From contig JAUYKM010000007.1 of NCBI GenBank assembly GCA_030699125.1, positions 5,082-69,081 of the forward strand: DNA of 64,000 bases, in the 5' to 3' direction. Positions within the stretch are counted from its first letter, which is position 1; the number at the start of each line of letters is the position of its first letter. The translations under genes were made by a program, and so were the position numbers. Of the stretch, positions 52,701-61,100 are shown in pieces. This DNA is from Candidatus Daviesbacteria bacterium. Lineage in GTDB: Bacteria; Patescibacteriota; Microgenomatia; Daviesbacterales; UBA10151. A model generated the notes under the pieces. That model was not told the origin of the DNA. It ran no database searches and saw nothing but the letters and a program-made list of their open reading frames with translations.

Positions 52701-55130
52701 AAAGAAGGTGACCTGTCCTGCCTCCGGACTACCTGCTGCCTCAATTCCTGAACCTCCGGCATCAGCATCACAGATTACCCTGCCGGATGAATCTGTGGTT
52801 AACATACCGTCACCGCAATTATAGATTTGCAATTGCAAAGCTGATCCTACTGTTAATGATTGTCCTATTCCTATATTACCTATGACCTGCAGTCCATAAG
52901 TTGGGGAAGTAGTACCTATACCCACATTACCAAATACAGATAACCCTAACCCTGGCATGCTAGCAAATGTATATCCAGTCCAACCAATCCCTACATTTCC
53001 TCCCACTACCAGTGTGGCTCCTGGTGTGGAAGATCCAATTCCTAAATTAATCCCTACATTTCCCCCATTAAAAATGGCAGCCGGAGCAGTATACCCAGTC
53101 CCTATTCCTAACATCTCTACTCTTAACCCAACTGTTCCACTACTTACTCCTATTCCCACCATCCCCTGACTTAATATTCCTCCTGGTCCCACCCCTAATC
53201 CTCCTCCTACTGATAGCTGATTACTAATTATTGCTGATTCCCTGACTTGTAAAGCCCCGGCCTCCAGTGATCCAATCTGTGCAGATGTCACATCTATACC
53301 TGATATATCATATATCTGAAATTCGCAACCGTCATTGGTAGTAGTACAAGACCCACTATTTAAAGCTACTCCAGCATATGCATATCTACCAGAGATAAAG
53401 ATTGATTGAATGTAATTTAAAGTACTCGCCCCTCCTATAAATAGAGGCAGAGCCGGATTAGAAATATCATAAATCTTAAATTCACAACCAGTGCTATCAG
53501 TAGATGAACAAGTTCCAGTGTCTAGACTACTCCCTATATACAAATACTTGCCTGAAACATAGATAGAACGCGCAATCGCCGCAAAGGAGAGACTACTTAT
53601 TTGAGTTGGTGAGTAAGGATTAGATATATCATAAATTTGCATTGAAGCATTACCACTCCGTGCCGCATATGCATATCTACCTGATACAAAAATTGAGCCA
53701 TAATTAATTGATATATCTGCCCCTCCTACAAATACCGGGTTTGTGGGATTAGAAATATCATAAATCTGGAATTCACAACCAGTATTAGTAGTTGAGGAAC
53801 AAGTGCCAGCGTTACTATCTTTTCCTATATAGGCATATCTGCCTGAAACAAAGATAGGGCGATCTATAGAATTATTGCCAATATCATTATCCCCATTATC
53901 TGCCCCTCCTACAAATACCGGGTTTGTGGGATTAGAAATATCATAAATCTGGAATTCACAACCACCAGGAGTAGTAGAATTACAAGTACTGGTATTAAGA
54001 TCTTTCCCTACATATGCATACCTGCCTGAAACAAATACAGCGTTGATTCCTTCAGCTCCATCATCTGCACCACCTACAACCCTGGGTCTTGCCGGATCAG
54101 ATATATCTATAATTTGCAGTTCACAATTATTAAAATTGGTACTGGTACTGGCACAGGCGGCGGCGCTACCAGTTCTTCCTATATAGGCATATCTGCCTGA
54201 AACAAAGACAGCTAGGACGGCTGTGGGATTAATACTACCAACAGTTATTGTTGTTGGAGCAGCAGGATTAGATACATCGATTACCTTAAAACCTCCAGAA
54301 TCTCCAACATAAGCATATTTACCGGAGACAAAAACAGGATGAGGGGCGTTGTTTAAGGTTAGTCCTCCTACAAAGGTGGGATTTTGGGGGGTTTGGAGGA
54401 GGGAACCACCCAGGATATCTAAGGCAGATCTGGGAGCAGTAGTACCAACTCCTACATTTCCCTGGCTAGTAACTACAAAGGGTAAAGGATTAGTTAATTG
54501 AGTACCTACATATGTAGGATTAATTTGGAATAATTGAGAAGGTGATGTCCAGCCAATTCCTACATTTCCTCCCGTTAAATAAGTATTATGAGCCACAATA
54601 TCATTACCCAGAAAATTATGGGTGCCTTCTATTTGCAGATCATATGTTCTGCCTCTTTTTACCTTAGAAACCGAAGCAATTTCTTCCCACCCATCTATGG
54701 TGGCAATAAACATGCCCGGTTTAATGGATTGAACTTTTAACCATTCCCCGTCAATTAATGGCTTGCCACGTACCGACTGGTACTGTGGTGAACCTCTTAA
54801 GTCCTGGTTGCTGTGGCCCATGATTTTGACAAAATAGGGATGTTCTTTGGTGGTCCTGATTCTTTTACCTTGGGAAGTAATCAGCTCGTATAGATCCTGG
54901 ATGCCTTTGAAGAGGGCAGCCTCCACAGTATGCCATTCAAAATAACCTGTCCTCTCATTTAAAGATAGAATCTCATCCCCCGGCTGAATTTGCTCCACCG
55001 GTACTTCTTCCTCAATCCATCCGCCAGCTGGCGGATCGATTTTTTTGATGTTAGCTACCTTCTCCAACTTACCGTCTATGGAGAGTAACATTCCTACATC
55101 CAGGTCTGATACTTTAATTTGGTTTTTCAT
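43716..55130 (-). CDS. Giant repeat protein: N-terminal Hint domain, four GNVGIG-stalk + LVIVD propeller units, two peptidase-G2/IMC-like chaperone domains
   Basis: 3804-aa ORF; VSGRYAY..YDISNP..P repeats; ~2.1-kb periodicity; ADYSEY / ADFAEY domains. Confidence 0.9.
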   Translation of the reverse strand: MKNQIKVSDLDVGMLLSIDGKLEKVANIKKIDPPAGGWIEEEVPVEQIQPGDEILSLNERTGYFEWHTVEAALFKGIQDLYELITSQGKRIRTTKEHPYFVKIMGHSNQDLRGSPQYQSVRGKPLIDGEWLKVQSIKPGMFIATIDGWEEIASVSKVKRGRTYDLQIEGTHNFLGNDIVAHNTYLTGGNVGIGWTSPSQLFQINPTYVGTQLTNPLPFVVTSQGNVGVGTTAPRSALDILGGSLLQTPQNPTFVGGLTLNNAPHPVFVSGKYAYVGDSGGFKVIDVSNPAAPTTITVGSINPTAVLAVFVSGRYAYIGRTGSAAACASTSTNFNNCELQIIDISDPARPRVVGGADDGAEGINAVFVSGRYAYVGKDLNTSTCNSTTPGGCEFQIYDISNPTNPVFVGGADNGDNDIGNNSIDRPIFVSGRYAYIGKDSNAGTCSSTTNTGCEFQIYDISNPTNPVFVGGADISINYGSIFVSGRYAYAARSGNASMQIYDISNPYSPTQISSLSFAAIARSIYVSGKYLYIGSSLDTGTCSSTDSTGCEFKIYDISNPALPLFIGGASTLNYIQSIFISGRYAYAGVALNSGSCTTTNDGCEFQIYDISGIDVTSAQIGSLEAGALQVRESAIISNQLSVGGGLGVGPGGILSQGMVGIGVSSGTVGLRVEMLGIGTGYTAPAAIFNGGNVGINLGIGSSTPGATLVVGGNVGIGWTGYTFASMPGLGLSVFGNVGIGTTSPTYGLQVIGNIGIGQSLTVGSALQLQIYNCGDGMLTTDSSGRVICDADAGGSGIEAAGSPEAGQVTFFDGGGTQVQGATPFYWNNELMRLGIGSSASANTLGVFGSLGIGSSFAYYNAPANGLIVEGNVGLGTSSPIAPLHVWGNGTVSGIFLNGNIGIGWTSPSQLFQINPTYVGTQLTNPLPFTVTSQGNVGVGTTAPRSALDILGGSLLQTPQNLTWVGGTNGTSNNITAGQNNNSGQNEVFVSGRYLYILNSTGLIILDISNPSTPTQIGSATIGSSLVGGVYVVGNYAYVGTGLNLRVYDISNPTAPALVGQVSVSGSIRGLQISGRYLYITTVTAHAFQIYDISNPINPTRVSTVSLNVNAVGLFVSGKYAYVGKANGAGTCNSTDNTSCEFMIYDISNPASPLYLGGASMSAISQSGDIYVSGRYAYTNAGNTGQFKIFDISNPASPTLMSTNAFGTSSAFAFSFAVSGNYLFVGGNKLGLPNPTCNSITNSGCTIQLWDISNPANPIFLGGKDTGVANLGGSTAIVVSGRYLYTLQFNNVKTCTSDTNFCGINVFDISGIDVTSAQIGSLEAGGLQVRENAFINNQLYVGGGIGLGPGGLLSQGMVGIGVSSGTPGLVVNMLGVGTGYTAPSAIFNGGNVGINLGIGSSTPGSTLFVGGNVGIGWTGFTFASMPGLGLSVFGNVGIGTTTPTYGLQVVGNVGIGQSLTVGSALQLSGYACNGLGGGGKLTTDSSGRVVCQDDSGADTLSGSAASGQVTFFDGGSSVTGANTLFWNNELMRLGVGSSASANRLGVFGSMGIGTSFSSFQTPASNSLVIEGNVGLGTSSPIAPFHLWGAGFASNETPGAVFLNGNVGIGWTSPSQLFQINPTYVGTQLTNPLPFTVTSQGNVGVGTTAPRSALDILGGSLLQTPQNPTFIGGSDLQATDSQVVTSIFVSGKYAYVGTEFETGSCTAGSNTGCEFMIFDVSNPNNPTFINGFEIANLVESIYVSGKFAYLGKTGNAGTCSSTTNTGCELQVYDVSNPNNPLYIGGADDGGDAGQSVFVSGRYAYLGKAANGGTCSSTTNTGCELQIYDVSNPTSPVYTGGINTGNAIASVFTLGRYTYAGDGTTLKIFDVTNPTNPIQISSTSTSGTANSVYVSGRYAYIGDSGGTLRIFDTSNPYSPSQVATASAGDGINSVFVSGRYLYLGKTVNTGTCNFFTSTGCELQVYDVSNPYNPLYVGGANVTDAGSSAANTVFVSGRYAYVGDGVASSSPNCSSKKTDCEFQIYDIGGIDVTSALIGSLEAGGLQVRESAVISNQLTVNSGINIGPGGLLSQGMVGIGVSSGTPGLVVNMLGVGTGYTAPAAIFNGGNVGINLGIGASTPGSTLFVGGNVGIGWTGYTFAAMPSLGLSVFGNVGIGTTTPTYGLHVVGNVGIGQSLTVGSALQLQIYNCGDGMLTTDSSGRVVCDADAGGSGIEAFGTPEAGQVTFFNGGGTQVQGADPFFWDNANMRLGIGSSASANRLGVFGSMGIGSSFAYYNAPANGLIVEGNVGLGTSSPIAPFHLWGAGFGSNDIPGAVFLNGNIGIGWTSPSQLFQINPTYVGTNLTNPLPFTVTSQGNVGVGTTAPRSALDILGGSLLQTPQNPMYIGGASFTSTNNGTAIFISGKYAYVGKNNSTGNACTLSTLTNCLLLIYDISNPNSPVAIAGISGTPGFTGSAASIYVSGNYLYLGRGVNNGACSSTTRDGCEFQIWDISNPSKPLYTGGLNLTFPGGTAALFVSGRYAYIANSSNILEIADVSDPTSPLLVSQISLSAFPISIFVSGRYVYVGGGSASSYLDIYDVSNPIKPIRVSSVAPGGTNRIESVFVSGSYAYLGDSGGTYYVYRISNPYSPTQVSTASVVNAIRSVFVSGKYLYLSNAANPGLCSFSASIGCEIQVYDVSNPSNPIFVGGADNGGNAPAGNVDKTIFVSGRYLYATKVSNANTCDAQTNVGCEFQIYDIGGIDVTSAQIGSLEAGALQVRESAIISNQLTVGGGLGIGPGGLYSQGMVGIGVSSGTPGLVVNMIGVGAGYTAPAAIFNGGNVGINLGIGTSTPGSTLFVGGNVGIGWTGNTFSSIPGLGLSVFGNVGIGRTSANYGVDVAGNAGIGVSLTVGSALRLQSYNCSGLSGGGKLTTDSAGRVVCEADAGAGLTGTGTAPQIAVWDGTSSITGYSTFEYDSTNLVLEIGDNVNTTPNGLDVDGELAIGCVDACNIASEGRIWVQSNGTTFRFNSDATTADYSEYIKQEDASEPGDVMILTPGTPGVGFDSPGVVRRSNSSYDENIIGVITTRGTSYNNPDDNRDSDPTYANVGMLGQVWVKVNLENGPIYTGDPLTSSSTTGEAMKATKTGRIIGRAMEDYLATPGVGSDSPGVSSTGAPPGQILMQVNVTWWEAEQFIERLDSGLLYLDGNLAIGATPYGASFDSPGVSLSVGGSVLSTSNILSLGNVGVGTTNPLYGLTIEKEASSSAAASIVNLSGVDTPDTSGLRIGLGTAVSGVSSNFIDFYAGVASDSAGVRVGRIRLNDNKVAYESTGADFAEYFDALEETEDGDLVSLATPGAGLDSPGVSHSGVAKSSIPYDQNLIGVVSKDAAFVGNADYTPGVGLDSPGVNKAIVGLLGQIKTKVSTINGDIKRGDYLTSSEIPGVAAKATRPGQVIGQALEDFSANTGSTPGVENCAYTPGVECGQILVHVKSGFADPGNFFSSLTMDNEGNLIIPKLKVASLTIDSRGIEDSNLKIEDSRLITDSSSPSSTLDPQNTTIYSPSSTVQFYDLSGKIATLESRIKNLELRIKEENTEATPSAEIAGISSEASDSAELALYDTLIHRSTDALDLTPPDILLASDSATLTADLKVTSSAQILGSLTAYDAIIQNSLKSFGTTTLGNTLIAGNLTIDGTLSFSENTIDALSTLYLQKSQLASSIDIFNGKITLEKDGTIKAKTIIVDQIKVKQDQTAGVGIIPAGQIQASIKNPHIDETSVILLTPKVPLGQLITVTNKSDGSFTVKLSKSETKDVEFDYLIVSGNPTVGIGPPSP
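54585..55130 (-). mobile_element. Hint (intein-like) domain lacking block A / Cys1
   Basis: TTKEHPY (block B), TYDLQIEGTHNF (block F), AHN|T (block G); no Cys in the domain and an in-frame stop at 55155-55157 upstream. Confidence 0.88.
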
Positions 55131-58100
55131 GGTCCGCTGGCTTGAATAGTAGATTTATCTATTCCTACGATTAAGTAATCAAAAGTAATGTCAAATGTTT
55201 CCGGACGGGCCAGTTGAACCGTAAACTTGCCTTCTTTTTTGTCTATCACGGCTAAGCTCTGAGTTAAGGCAATATCTGCTGTTACAGGAGTAATCAGAAT
55301 GATGGAATCCTCTGCAGCGTATGAGTTTTCAATCAGGGTATTAATCTGGCCTTTAAGGATAGTACCTTCTCCCCGGCTGGTGTCAGGATTAACCTTAATC
55401 TGATCTACTATGATGGTTTTAGCCTTAATGGTACCGTCTTTCTCCAGGGTAATTTTTCCATTAAAGATATCTACTGAGCTAGAAAGTAGAGATTTTTGAA
55501 GATAGAGGGTGGATAGAGCATCAATGGTATTCTCACTGAATGATAAAGTTCCATCTATGGTTAGGTTTCCGGCAATCAGAGTATCTCCTAAGGTAGTTTG
55601 TCCAAATGATTTAAGGGAATTCTGGATAATGGCATCATAAGCTGTTAAGGATCCCAGGATCTGGGCAGAGGAAGTTACTGTAAGGTCTGCAGTAAGAGTG
55701 GCAGAACCGGAAGCAAGTAGGATATCAGGAGGGCTAAGATCTAGCTGATCAAGCTGGGCCAGGATGGAAGAGGAAGATGATTCATTCACTTGAGCCAGGG
55801 CTGCAGAGGAGGTGGCAGTATTGTCATCCTCTTGTAGAAGGGGATCCAATAAACTGTCAGAGTTAGAATTGTCACTATTTGTTAATTGGATTCCTGCATC
55901 CGCAGGAATGACATTTTGGTCCAGGGTGTTTTCCAGCTGAGCTATTCTTTCCTCAAGTGAGGCAATCTTGCCGGAAAGATCATAATATTGGACGGTAGAG
56001 GATGGAGAATAGATGGTAGTATTTTGAGGATCGAGGGTAGAAGATGGGGAAGAAGAATCTGTAATCAATCTGCTATCTTCTATCTTCAAATTACTATCTT
56101 CTATCCCTCTACTATCTATCGTCAATGATGCTACCTTAAGCTTGGGTATTATCAGATTCCCTTCATTATCCATAGTTAAGGATGAGAAGAAATTCCCCGG
56201 ATCTGCAAAGCCACTCTTAACATGGACAGAGATGAGGCCCTGTTTCACCCCGGGGGAGTCTCCCTCGACTTCGCTCGGGACAAGCGGGCCCACCCCCGGG
56301 GTGTTAGCTGAGAAATCCTCCAATGCCTGTCCTATTACCTGTCCTGGTCTGGTGGCTTTGGCTGCTACTCCCGGAATCTCTGATGAGGTTAGGTAATCTC
56401 CTCTTTTAATATCCCCATTGATAGTAGATACTTTAGTCTTAATCTGACCCAGTAAGCCTACAATGGCTTTATTCACACCGGGGGAGTCTCCCTCGACTTC
56501 GCTCGGGACAAGCGGGCCCACCCCCGGTGTGTAGTCTGCGTTTCCTACAAAGGCAGCATCATGGGAAACAACTCCAATCAGGTTTTGGTCATAAGGGATG
56601 GATGATTTAGCCACTCCAGAATGACTCATGGTTAGGCTTACTAAATCCCCATCCTCAGTTTCCTCTAAAGCATCAAAATACTCTGCAAAGTCAGCACCCA
56701 CTGATTCATATGCTACTTTGTTATCATTAAGTCTGATCCTGCCAACTCTCACCCCGGGGGAGTCAGGGCCCGCCCCCGGGGTGGCTACTGCTGCATAGAA
56801 GTCTATGAAGTTGGAGGAAGTGCCGGAGATAGGTGTACCTAAGCCTAATTTAAGGGCAGATGTATCAGGGTTATCAGCTTGAGATAGATTAATAATGGAG
56901 GCTGAGGCTGAGGATGAGGCATCTTTAATTATATCCAGTCCATAAAGGGGATTGGTGGTGCCAATACCAACATTACCTAAGGATAAGATATTGGATGTGG
57001 CAAGGATTGAGCCTTCAACTGCCAGGCTCACCTCGGTGCCGGGAGGACTGCCTCCTATTGCTAGGTTACCATCCAGATATAGTAAGCCTGAATCTAATCT
57101 CTCAATAAATTGTTCAGCTTCCCACCAGGTGACATTAACCTGTATTAAAATCTGGCCAGGCGGGGCACCAGTACTGCTCACCTCGAAGGAGTCAGGGTCC
57201 ACTTCCGAGGTGTAGTTTTCCATGGCCCTGCCTATAATTCTTCCTGTTTTAGTTGCTTTCATGGCTTCACCTTGAGTAGATGAAGAAGTTAGAGGATCAC
57301 CTGTATAAATTGGTCCGTTCTCCAGATTAACCTTAACCCATACTTGGCCGAGCATTCCTACATTGGCATAGGTAGGATCAGATTGTCTATTATCATCCGG
57401 ATTATTATATGAAGTCCCTCTGGTGGTAATTACCCCGATAATATTCTCATCATAGGATGAATTTGACCTTCGCACCACCCCGGGGGAGTCAGTGCCCACC
57501 CCCGGTGTGCCCGGAGTTAATATCATCACATCCCCGGGTTCAGATGCATCTTCCTGTTTAATATATTCTGAATAGTCAGCAGTAGTAGCATCTGAATTGA
57601 ATCTAAAGGTGGTACCGTTAGATCTGGTCCAGATACGGCCGGCAGAGGCAACTGTTCCTGTTGATCCGATGGTAAACTCACCATCTACATCTAAACTATC
57701 TGGAGTTGTGCCTGTATCTCCAATTTCCAGAACCAGATTAGTACTGTCATATTGAAAAGTGGAATAACCGGTAATTGAGGATGCCCCATCCCAGACAGCT
57801 ACCTGAGTAGCAGTTCCTGTACCGGTAATGCCGCCAGCACCTCCGGCATCTGCCTGACAAACTACTCTGCCTGAGGAATCTGTGGTTAATTTACCGCCGT
57901 TGGTTAGGACCCCGCAGTTATATGATGATAACTGCAAAGCTGATCCTACTGTTAAGGATTGTCCAATACCTACATTACCTACTACATGTAATCCATAAGC
58001 TGGGGAAGTGGTTCCAATTCCTACATTACCAAAAACAGACAGTCCCAGTCCCGGCATGGAGGCAAAAGTGTTGGCTGTCCAGCCAATGCCAACGTTGCCT

Positions 58101-61100
58101 CCCACAAAAAGGGTTGATCCAGGAGTAGAAGCCCCTATCCCTAAATTAATCCCCACATTCCCACCATTAAATATAGCTGCTGGAGCTGTATATCCAGTCC
58201 CTACTCCTAACATCTCTACTCTTAATCCTACAGTTCCACTAGATACCCCTATCCCCACCATGCCTTGTGAATATAATCCTCCTGGCCCAATACCTAACCC
58301 TCCACCTACAGTTAACTGATTATTAATAAATGCATTCTCCCTAACTTGTAATCCACCAGCCTCAAGTGATCCAATTAATGCAGATGTAACATCAATCCCC
58401 CCTATATCATAAATCTGAAACTCACACCCTTCACTGTTAATTGCATTACAAGTATTAGAATTAGCAGCTTTACCTGAATAGAGATATCTTCCTGAAACAA
58501 AGATAGCTTTATCAGCCCCAACATTATTCCCCCCATTGTCAGCCCCTCCTACATACAGGGGATTATTTGGATTTGAGATATCATAAACCTGAATCTCACA
58601 ACCAGTAGAGGTGAAAAAATTACATACTCCAGCATTGGCAACTTTCCCCAGATATAAATATTTTCCTGATACAAATACTGATTGAATAGCATCTCCTGTA
58701 GTGATTGTGGATGATTGGGTAGGAGAGTATGGATTGGATACATCAATTATTCTTAATGTCCCACCACTATCTCCTACATAAGCATATCTGCCTGAGACAA
58801 AAATGGAGTTAGTATCAGATGTATAACCAATAATAGTTTTGCCTATTAAGATGGGATTTGTAGGATTAGATATATCATAGATACCCATTTCACCGTCATC
58901 ACAAAGTTCGGGTAAGCCACTAAAACACCTTGCTATATAAGCATATCTACCTGAGACAAAAATGGAGTTAACAGTTAATGCATTCATACTACTACCGCCT
59001 ATATATAATGGGCGTGAAGGATTAGAGATATCGTATATTCTTAATACTCCTCCGTTCTCTACAGTATATGCATACCTGCCTGAAACAAAGACACTAGTGC
59101 TGTTTCCTCCATTATCAGCTCCTCCCACAAAGATGGGATTAGCTGGATTAGATACATCATATATCTGTAACTCACAACCTGTTGAGGTGGTAGAAGAACA
59201 AGTACCAGCATTAGAATTTGTCCCTACATATGCAAATTTACCTGAGATAAATACAGATTGAGCAGTAGAAGTAGTAGAAATACTACTTATTTGTACAGGT
59301 GAGTTAGGATTAGTTACATCAAAGATTTTAAGAGTAGCTCCATCACCTGCATATACATATTTTCCAGAGGCAAACACAGAATTCATGCCATTTCCAGTAT
59401 TTAATCCTCCCACAAAGGTAGGATTCTGGGGGGTTTGGAGGAGGGAACCACCTAGGATATCTAAAGCTGATCTGGGGGCTGTGGTTCCTACTCCAACATT
59501 ACCTTGGGATGTAACAGTAAATGGTAGGGGATTAGTTAACTGTGTCCCTACATATGTAGGATTAATTTGGAATAATTGGGAAGGGGAAGTCCAGCCTATG
59601 CCAATATTTCCATTTTGGAATATTGCCGAACCGGACAAATGAAAGGAAGCAATAGGTGAGCTGGTCCCCAAGCCTACATTACCTTCCACAATTAATCCAT
59701 TGGTGGGAGCATTATAATAGGCAAAGGAGGAACCTATGCCCATAGATCCAAAGACCCCTAATCTGTTAGCTGAGGCTGAAGAACCTACCCCTAACCTCAT
59801 TAATGCATTATTCCAAAATAGAGTATTAGCTCCCGTTACAGAGGATGCCCCGTCAAAGAAGGTAACCTGTCCTGAAGATCCTGAACCTGTTACCCCGCCG
59901 CCTCCGGCATCAGCTGCACAAACCACTCTGCCTGAAGAATCGGTAGTTAATTTCCCACCGCCACCCAACCCTGAACAATTATAGTTTTGCAGCTGCAAAG
60001 CAGATCCTACAGTTAAGCTCTGTCCAATTCCCACATTACCCACTACATCTAATGCATAATTAGCTGTGGTAGTTCCAATCCCCACATTCCCAAAGACAGA
60101 TAATCCTAAGCCCGGCATGGATGCAAAGGTAAATCCAGTCCAACCTATTCCTACATTCCCTCCTACTACGAGAGTTGCTCCCGGAGTAGAAGCACCTATA
60201 CCTAAATTAATCCCTACATTTCCTCCATTAAATATAGCTGCAGGAGCTGTATATCCAGTACCTACTCCTAACATCTCCACATATAATCCAGTGGTTCCAG
60301 AAGATACTCCAATCCCCACCATTCCCTGAGATAATAATCCACCAGGTCCTACTCCCAACCCTCCACCCACTGTTAGTTGATTAGATATTATTGCTGATTC
60401 TCTAACTTGCAGACTACCTGACTCAAGAGAACCTATTAAAGCACTTGTTACATCAATCCCACCTATATCATATATCTGAAACTCACATCCCACATTAGTC
60501 CCTGCATTACAAGTCCCGGCATTGGCAGCTTTTACCATATAAGCATACCTGCCGGAGACAAAGACCTCATTACCATCATCCCCCAAATCAGCCCCGCCCA
60601 CTAAAGCAGGTGAGGAGGGATTGGATATATCATAAATCCTGAATTCGTTACCTGTTACAGTACCAGTTACCACATAAGCATACCTGCCTGAGACAAAGAC
60701 ACCCCAACCATTAGTCCCCAACTCAACCCCGCCCACTAAAGTAGGTGAGGAGGGATTGGATATATCATAAATCCTGAATTCGTTACCTGCGTCATTATCA
60801 AGTACCACATAAGCATATCTTCCTGAGACAAAGACATCACGACTAAAATTTCCTAACTCAACCCCACCCACCTCAATAGGTGAGGAGGGATTGGATATAT
60901 CATAAATCCTGAATTCGTTACCTGTTACAGTACCAGTTACCACATAAGCATACCTGCCTGAGACAAAGACACCCCAACCACCATTCCCCAAATCAGCCCC
61001 GCCCACCTCAATAGGTGAGGAGGGATTGGATATATCATAAATCCTGAATTCGTTACCTGTTACACTACCATGTACCACATAAGCATACCTGCCTGAGACA

